DNA of 43,111 bases from Verrucomicrobiia bacterium (lineage in GTDB: Bacteria > Verrucomicrobiota > Verrucomicrobiia > Palsa-1439). The DNA is taken from NCBI GenBank assembly GCA_025056465.1, contig JANWVU010000002.1, positions 293 to 43,403 on the forward strand. Direction: 5' to 3'. The position numbers and the translations under genes are program-made. Under the pieces are notes generated by a model that did no database searches, was not told where the DNA came from, and worked only from the letters and a program-made list of their open reading frames with translations. Below, piece after piece: positions 37,187-43,111 of the stretch (position 1 is its first letter; each line of letters opens with the position of its first letter).

Positions 37187-38688
37187 ATTTCATTTAGCGG
37201 CGTCGCCAATCCGGCCGGTATCGGTTCGCCCAACATTTTCAATAAGGTCGGCGCGACAGCTAAAACATCACAGGCCGTGCGGGCGCCCCGCTCCTGCACA
37301 TCGGGCCCCGCCATCGCAATCCAACCTTCCTGCGAATGATCAGTGTCTCGAAAAAACTCGGGGCGCGCTTGGCACAAGTCCATTTGCGGATGGACTACGC
37401 GATCCCAAAATCGTGTACTCGGACGCCAAACAATCCACAAATCGGGCCATGTTTGCGGTGGATCTTCTCCAAACAACTTCCCAGGCCGATACACCGCTCC
37501 CACGACTGGCTCGCCCTCCACGGGATCAACTAAGGCCCTAAAATCCGCCTCCAACCGATCCAGCAACTCCGCGTACTCGCAACCCGGTTCCACGATTCCT
37601 TGCGGTTCCCGCCCCCGTAGATTTACGCGGATCATCCCATTGAAAAAACCCGGTAACGCAAATGCCTTCGTTCGTGTCCAATCGGTCTCGCGCCGAAACT
37701 GATCTGCCAGCAATCGCTCCCGCGTGTCACGTGGAAGAATCCGGCTCGCCCAGCAACGCCACCGCTCCGGCACGACCCGCCGCACCATCGCCATCGGATG
37801 CCATGACCATGAGTCTTGCGCTGCGGGCACCTGATAACCAAGCCGACAACAAAGTGATTTCACTAATCCACCCGTGGGGAAATGATCCTCCAATCCGACG
37901 CTGCTGAGCACCACGACATTTACATCACTGCCCACTACCCCTAGTAGTCGCCCCAACTCCGCATCCACCGCTTTGTAGATTTGCTTTATCGCCGTCGCGA
38001 GTTCACCGTCCGCTGTACCTTCGCGGTACTTCCAAAAAACGTGTCCCGCTGTGTGCGGCTCGGTGAAAACCACCACCACCAGGTCGTAATTTTCTCGGCT
38101 CAACAATCCCTCGCACAAATCGCCTTTCCGTTGAATCCGGCGTAGCATCCGCCGTAGCATGTGCCGTTCCTGTGCCGCATTGGTGCCTACGCGCTCGATG
38201 ATCTCGTCGCGCGGCCCAAATCGTCGCGCCAACTCTCGCGCCAGTCCTTCGGGCTCGCTCACCAACTGATGTGCTGGATGCCGGCTCTTCCATCCCCGGT
38301 GCGGTGCCCAATTCGCAACTTGAACCCCCGCGACGCCTGGTGACGGCAAAACCTCCGGAACGTCCACAACGGCCACTTTCCGCCCCGCCGACAATCGCTG
38401 CCACACAAATGTCGCCTTTACGTCCAATCCTGTCACCTCCACCAAGTCATAAGACCCGGGTCGCAGTTGCCGAAAGTAGTAGTATCCCAGCCGTCCCCGC
38501 GATTCCCCGCTCAACAAAACCGTCCATAACCCATGCTCACTGATCAGCTCCGTCCCACGTGTTCGTGCCCACCAACCGCGCTCCATGATCTGCCGCACAA
38601 AAGGCAACGTACCCTCGAGGGCCCATTGCTCCATCCAGGGCGGATGTCCCGCATCAAAACCAAACACCAGCAAACGCGACCTCTTCAT
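37183..38688 (-). CDS. Alkaline-phosphatase-superfamily protein (type I phosphodiesterase/nucleotide pyrophosphatase-like), about 501 aa
   Basis: LLVFGFDAGHPPWM (N-terminal metal/nucleophile-region pattern of the AP superfamily), FTEPHTAGHVFW, VLSSVG. The ATG at 38688 forms an ATGA overlap with the upstream stop (38685-38688). An alternative GTG lies at 38694. Confidence 0.7.
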   Translation of the reverse strand: MKRSRLLVFGFDAGHPPWMEQWALEGTLPFVRQIMERGWWARTRGTELISEHGLWTVLLSGESRGRLGYYYFRQLRPGSYDLVEVTGLDVKATFVWQRLSAGRKVAVVDVPEVLPSPGVAGVQVANWAPHRGWKSRHPAHQLVSEPEGLARELARRFGPRDEIIERVGTNAAQERHMLRRMLRRIQRKGDLCEGLLSRENYDLVVVVFTEPHTAGHVFWKYREGTADGELATAIKQIYKAVDAELGRLLGVVGSDVNVVVLSSVGLEDHFPTGGLVKSLCCRLGYQVPAAQDSWSWHPMAMVRRVVPERWRCWASRILPRDTRERLLADQFRRETDWTRTKAFALPGFFNGMIRVNLRGREPQGIVEPGCEYAELLDRLEADFRALVDPVEGEPVVGAVYRPGKLFGEDPPQTWPDLWIVWRPSTRFWDRVVHPQMDLCQARPEFFRDTDHSQEGWIAMAGPDVQERGARTACDVLAVAPTLLKMLGEPIPAGLATPLNEI

Positions 38689-39893
38689 CGACACACATGC
38701 TCTCTCGCCGTTCGTGCTCGATTAGCGCAATTCTCAATGACTCTCGCATACACACCCTCCCACTGCTCCGCCGCCCGCGGAATGCCGAAATGCTTCGAAG
38801 CCCGTTCGTGAGCTGCCACCCCCCACTGTTCCAGCAACTCGCGCGATCGCAGGAGCCGACCCAACGCCCGCGCCAGCTCCTGCACATTCCCCGGTGGCAC
38901 CAACAGGCCGGTGCGCTCATGTTCCACGGTCTCCACCAACCCGCCTGTTGCGCTCGCCACAACCACCGTGCCACGCATCGCCGCCTCAACAGCCACCAAG
39001 CCAAACGGCTCAGCCCACAGCGATGGGACCACTTGGACCCACGCCTGCTCCAGTAACCGCTCCGCCTCCTCCCGCGCCAAGTGCCCGAAAAACTTCACCC
39101 GATCATCCAACTGCCACTGCCGAACCAACTGCTCCAGCGCTGCTCGCTCGGGACCGTCCCCCACGATCCAGCCCTCTGCGCTCGGCACTTCTCGTAACGC
39201 GGCCATTAACACCTCAACACCCTTTTCTTTCGTCAACCGACCGGCATACGCAATCACCGGCCTCGTGCCGAGTGGCGGACGCATGGGACGCTCTCGAACC
39301 CCCGGCGCAATCTTGTCCATTACAACAAACCCATGCTCCTCCAGCATCCTCCGCACCGCGTCGCTCTCCACCACGATTCGGCGGATCACCGCACGATTTT
39401 GCCACCACCAATGCATCTGGATCATCAGCAACAACCAGTCCCTGCTTGGTAAGCAGCCCTCCCGATAACACGCGATCCCCCAAGGGTACCGGCACTGAGC
39501 CTCGCGCGGCAACCACTTCAATCCGGTCGGACACACACCTCGATACCACATGGCATGCCACACCACCGGCCAGCCTCGAAGCACCGCCAGAATCGCCGGC
39601 GACAGTTGCGTCAAAAACATCGTGACGTGCACCACATCAGGTCGAAACGACTTCAACGTGCGACGCAGTGCCCAAGCCGCCCAGGGATTCCATGTTTGCA
39701 ACACGGTCCGCCACCGCGACGTTGTCCCCAAGCAACGTTCATCTGCCTCAAACCGCAGCGCTCTGCCACCTGCCGTGCTTGCAAACCAGCGCACCTCGTG
39801 GCCGCGCCGCCGGAATTCCTCTCGCAAGTTTGCCACCGTGGTTTCTGCCCCGCCCATCAATCGCCCATAATCACTGATCAACACAATCCTCAT
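38685..39893 (-). CDS. Family 4 (GT-B) glycosyltransferase, 402 aa
   Basis: ORF trimmed to the ATG at 39893 (MRIVLISDYGRLMGGAETTVANL), an ATGA overlap with the upstream stop (39890-39893). C-terminal E-x7-E region WAEPFGLVAVEAAMRGTVVVAS. Confidence 0.88.
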   Translation of the reverse strand: MRIVLISDYGRLMGGAETTVANLREEFRRRGHEVRWFASTAGGRALRFEADERCLGTTSRWRTVLQTWNPWAAWALRRTLKSFRPDVVHVTMFLTQLSPAILAVLRGWPVVWHAMWYRGVCPTGLKWLPREAQCRYPWGIACYREGCLPSRDWLLLMIQMHWWWQNRAVIRRIVVESDAVRRMLEEHGFVVMDKIAPGVRERPMRPPLGTRPVIAYAGRLTKEKGVEVLMAALREVPSAEGWIVGDGPERAALEQLVRQWQLDDRVKFFGHLAREEAERLLEQAWVQVVPSLWAEPFGLVAVEAAMRGTVVVASATGGLVETVEHERTGLLVPPGNVQELARALGRLLRSRELLEQWGVAAHERASKHFGIPRAAEQWEGVYARVIENCANRARTAREHVCR

Positions 39894-40891
39894 TCCAACG
39901 TTACCGGCCGACCGACTCGCGCCGACTCCTCCGCCGCTAACACCCAACGTAAGCTGCGATATCCATCCTCAATGCTCGGCGACACCTGGGCGCCCGCTTG
40001 CACGGCCTCAATAAAGGCGCGCCATGCGCGCTCATACGACGGTTCATTCCCAACAGTGCGCATCCGGCGCCACCAATACGCTCCCGGAACTCGCGCCAGC
40101 CAACGCCACCCACTCAACCACACCGACCGATTCCGGTACCGATCAAACCGCAGACTCCCTCGCTCACACTCCAACTCCATTCCATCCGCGTCGCTTGCTG
40201 CGGACACCGAAAACAACGACTCCACCCGCACCCCACCCTCCAGCTCCCATTTCACCCCCGCCCAATCCATCTCCACTCGCTCGGACCGAACCACCGCTTC
40301 TACGCAAACCGGTTGCCGACCCATCACCCACGGCACCCAATCAAAATGATGCGACCCCAACTCCAGCAACGCTCCACCTCCACTTGCCCTCGCCTGTCGC
40401 CACATCGGCATCGGTCGAACCGGCGTGGTAAACCAGCTCCGAACCCGCCGCACCGCGCCCAATCGGCCCGACCGCAAAATGCAACGCACGCGCTCCACCA
40501 ACGGATTGAACCGATAATTGAAACCCATCATTGCCACCACGCCGGCCCGCTCACGCGCCCGCACCAACATCGCCGCCTCCTCCAGACTCATCGCCAGCGG
40601 CTTCTCCATGTACAAATGCCTACCGGCTTCCAACACTGCCAAGCCTACCGGCCCATGTGAGCTGGTTGGCGTCGCGACCAACACCGCATCACAATTTGTT
40701 CGCAAGGCCTCTCCCACATCCGGGACCGCTTTGGCCCCCGGCGCCCACGTCAACGCCTGCTGCCGGTTTGCCTCGTCAGGGTCTGCCACCGCCACCACTT
40801 CCACCCCCAACTTTCGCAACACCGGCAAATGGACGGTCCGCGTAATGTGACCGCACCCTACAACGGCCATCCGAATCGATCCTCGCTTCAT
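39890..40891 (-). CDS. Gfo/Idh/MocA-family NAD(P)-dependent oxidoreductase, 333 aa
   Basis: Rossmann N-terminus MAVVGCGHITRTVHLPVLRKL, then VLVATPTSSHGPVGLAVLEAGRHLYMEKPLA (the EKP motif). Confidence 0.88.
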   Translation of the reverse strand: MKRGSIRMAVVGCGHITRTVHLPVLRKLGVEVVAVADPDEANRQQALTWAPGAKAVPDVGEALRTNCDAVLVATPTSSHGPVGLAVLEAGRHLYMEKPLAMSLEEAAMLVRARERAGVVAMMGFNYRFNPLVERVRCILRSGRLGAVRRVRSWFTTPVRPMPMWRQARASGGGALLELGSHHFDWVPWVMGRQPVCVEAVVRSERVEMDWAGVKWELEGGVRVESLFSVSAASDADGMELECERGSLRFDRYRNRSVWLSGWRWLARVPGAYWWRRMRTVGNEPSYERAWRAFIEAVQAGAQVSPSIEDGYRSLRWVLAAEESARVGRPVTLE

Positions 40892-41045
40892 TCCCCATCA
40901 CAGCATGACAAAAAGCTGTGCCCTCGCAAAGAACACAACCCACATCATTCACCCTCTCAACCGCGGCTTCTCCATTCCCCACCGTCGCTAGATTCGCCAA
41001 GCATACCGGCTTCGTGGACGCAGTCCGGTTTGCTAGCTTGCCAGC

Positions 41046-41972
41046 ATGGACGTGTTTTTCTACGAGGCGTTCGCGGAGGAGGAGGCTGAACTGCGCGCGT
41101 TGTTGCCCGCCCACATTCATGCCGGGTTCACCCGCGACACCATTCAAGAAACCGGCCATCGCCAACCGCCCGCACCCCTCATCAGCATACGCACCCAATC
41201 CATCATCCCACCGGATTGGCCCTTGGCCGGTATCGTCTCACGGACCACCGGCTACGACCATCTCATCGGACTGCGCGTGCCGTGTGGATACCTCCCTCGC
41301 TACTGTGCTCGGGCCGTCGCCGAACAGGCGATCATGCTGATGCTCGCGCTCCTGCGAAAACTACCGGCCCAAATCCGACAATTCGACCGGTTCGATCGCG
41401 ATGGGCTTACCGGCACCGAGTGCGCCGGAAAAAATCTGCTCGTCGTCGGTGCCGGTAACATTGGTTCGGAGGTCGTCAGACTCGCGCGCGCACTCGACAT
41501 GCACGTACGCCGCGTAGATATCCTTCCCGAACGCGCTGATGTCTCGCTCGACGAAGGGTTGCCGTGGGCCGACGCGATCATCTGCGCGATGAACCTGACG
41601 CCCCACAACCGCGGCTATTTTCGCTACGATGTGTTGCGTCGTGCGCGACGCGGTGTCGTGCTGGTCAACATCGCGCGTGGCGAATTCACCCCGTTGACCG
41701 ACCTGGTGCGATTGCTCAACGAGAGACATCTCGGCGGCGTCGCGCTCGACGTCTTCGAGGATGAACCCCACCTCGCCACGGCTTTGCGACGCGGTGAGCC
41801 TGTTTTGACCGAGCTGCGGCGCCACCCCAACGTCATCCTCACACCCCACAACGCGTTTAACACCCGGGAAGCTTTGCAGCGCAAGGCCGCGCAGACGATT
41901 GAACAGGTATTGGAGTTTTTGAAAACCGGCCAGATGCGCTGGCCCGTGCCCTCGTCAACAACAGCCGCGTAA
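41046..41972 (+). CDS. D-isomer-specific 2-hydroxyacid dehydrogenase family protein, 308 aa
   Basis: NAD-binding LLVVGAGNIGSEVVRLARALDMHV. Catalytic-domain segments LVNIARGEF, GGVALDVFEDEP and ILTPHNAF. Confidence 0.88.
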   Translation: MDVFFYEAFAEEEAELRALLPAHIHAGFTRDTIQETGHRQPPAPLISIRTQSIIPPDWPLAGIVSRTTGYDHLIGLRVPCGYLPRYCARAVAEQAIMLMLALLRKLPAQIRQFDRFDRDGLTGTECAGKNLLVVGAGNIGSEVVRLARALDMHVRRVDILPERADVSLDEGLPWADAIICAMNLTPHNRGYFRYDVLRRARRGVVLVNIARGEFTPLTDLVRLLNERHLGGVALDVFEDEPHLATALRRGEPVLTELRRHPNVILTPHNAFNTREALQRKAAQTIEQVLEFLKTGQMRWPVPSSTTAA

Positions 41973-42076
41973 GCAACTGCCCGAAAGATAGAAACCGGGC
42001 CATCGCCCGGAAAACTGTTTTGCCGACCGTGGGTTGACAACCGCTGACACACCGTAGTAGCAGGTCAATCAGGCCG

Positions 42077-43111
42077 ATGAACAACCGACCTGGTATGAGT
42101 GACCTCGACCGCCTGCGCCACTCCTGCGCGCACGTGATGGCGACCGCCATCCTCCGACTTTGGCCCGAAGCGCAGTTTGCCTACGGACCACCGGTGGCCG
42201 ACGGTTTTTACTACGATGTCGAGCTCCCGCACCGCATCACGCCGGATGATTTCCCCGCCATCGAAGCGGAAATGCAGAAAGAAATCGCCGCTGATCATCC
42301 CTTCGAGCAAATCACCGTCACGCGCGAGCAGGCCATCGCCGATGCCCAGCGCGGTCGGCTCGGCGCGTTGAGCGATCGCCCCGGCAATCCCAGCAAGTTC
42401 AAGCTCGACCTGATCAATGACATACCGGCCGACGAGCCGATCACATACTACCGCAACGGCGACTTCCTAGACCTTTGCGCGGGCCCACACATCGAACGCA
42501 CGGGGCAAATCAAAGCCTTCAAACTCACCTCCGTAGCCAGTGCCTACTACAAAGGGGACGAGCGCAACCCCCAACTCCAGCGAATTTACGGCACCGCATT
42601 CCCCAGTCGCGAAGAACTCGAGCAACATTTCGCGATGCTCGAGGAAGCCAAGAAACGGGACCACCGCAAACTCGGCAGTGAGCTGGAGTTGTATGTGATG
42701 GATCCCGACTATGTCGGGCCCGGTTTACCATTGTGGTTGCCCAAAGGCGCCGCGATTGCTGAGGAGTTGGAAAAACTCGCCAAAGAAACCGAATTTCTCG
42801 CCGGCTACCAACGTGTGCGCACTCCGCACGTGGCGCGCGAAAAAATGTATCGCACCTCGGGTCATCTGCCCTACTACGAAGAAAGCATGTTTCCGCCGAT
42901 GGAGGTGCGCGAAGAGGGCACCGTCAGCACGCGCTACTACCTCAAAGCGATGAACTGCCCGCACCACCACCGCATCTACGCCGCCCAGCCGCGAAGCTAC
43001 CGGGATTTGCCCTTGCGCCTCGCAGAGTACGGATGCTGTTATCGCTACGAACAATCCGGTGAGTTGTTCGGCCTAATGCGGGTGCGCTCCCTCAACATGA
43101 ACGATGCCCAC
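42077..43111 (+). CDS. thrS: Threonine--tRNA ligase lacking the N-terminal TGS domain; 3' end runs off the right window edge
   Basis: Absent from the ORF track because there is no stop in the window. Hand translation from the ATG at 42077 gives MNNRPGMSDLDRLRHSCAHVMATAILRLWPEAQFAYGPPVADGFYYDVEL...DHRKLGSELELY...WLPKGAAIAEELE...RTSGHLPYYEESMF...YYLKAMNCPHHHRIY...YRYEQSGELFGLMRVRSLNMNDAH. This shows the editing-domain HxxxH region and class II motifs. An alternative ATG lies at 42095. Confidence 0.93.
   Translation, partial: MNNRPGMSDLDRLRHSCAHVMATAILRLWPEAQFAYGPPVADGFYYDVELPHRITPDDFPAIEAEMQKEIAADHPFEQITVTREQAIADAQRGRLGALSDRPGNPSKFKLDLINDIPADEPITYYRNGDFLDLCAGPHIERTGQIKAFKLTSVASAYYKGDERNPQLQRIYGTAFPSREELEQHFAMLEEAKKRDHRKLGSELELYVMDPDYVGPGLPLWLPKGAAIAEELEKLAKETEFLAGYQRVRTPHVAREKMYRTSGHLPYYEESMFPPMEVREEGTVSTRYYLKAMNCPHHHRIYAAQPRSYRDLPLRLAEYGCCYRYEQSGELFGLMRVRSLNMNDAH

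Noticed and set aside
40899-40920. Inverted repeat cacagc-n10-gctgtg upstream of the glycan cluster as an operator
   Set aside because: It is a short 6-bp arm with no second copy and no adjacent regulator gene. It could easily arise by chance.

Overview
This 43.1-kb window is GC-rich bacterial chromosomal DNA, densely coded with 37 protein genes and one tRNA. I saw no IS elements, integrases, CRISPR arrays or rRNA. Taxon cannot be determined from the sequence alone. Gene style is compatible with a PVC-type (Verrucomicrobia/Planctomycetes-like) organism, but that is unverified.

Layout:
- 1-9697 (minus): a six-gene, translationally coupled operon that continues off the left edge. It encodes a 1675-aa double-FtsX permease carrying a degenerate M28/PA peptidase-like ectodomain, a 701-aa OPT-like polytopic protein, a small FtsX permease, and two paralogous MacB/LolD-type ATPases flanking a PqqD-like (RiPP-recognition-element fold) protein. 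I do not recognise this gene combination as a described system. It is the main candidate novelty.
- 9810-9885: tRNA-Lys(UUU).
- 10050-14277: polyprenyl synthase, galK, an SMP-30-type lactonase and a GH29 fucosidase.
- 14415-23156: an oxidative-stress/metal block. It holds a coupled fur-family/katG pair, transcribed divergently from a ferritin-like, DUF2892, RND adaptor and RND pump operon, followed by an Acg-type nitroreductase.
- 23225-27265 (minus): a second coupled module of TPR-LysM lipoprotein, membrane-anchored unknown, ABC ATPase and 574-aa permease. It sits directly downstream of frr.
- 27372-30855: the rpsB-tsf-pyrH-frr cluster, with an antisense HAD hydrolase inserted.
- 31117-33000: a zinc-ribbon protein and argA.
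- 33000-40891 (minus): a seven-gene glycan cluster with two GT2, a flippase, a sulfotransferase, an alkaline-phosphatase-family protein, a GT4 and an oxidoreductase. It is fused by start/stop overlap to argA.
- 41046-43111: a 2-hydroxyacid dehydrogenase and a TGS-less thrS, truncated at the right edge.

All functional calls come from reading motifs in the supplied or hand-made translations. No database search was run.
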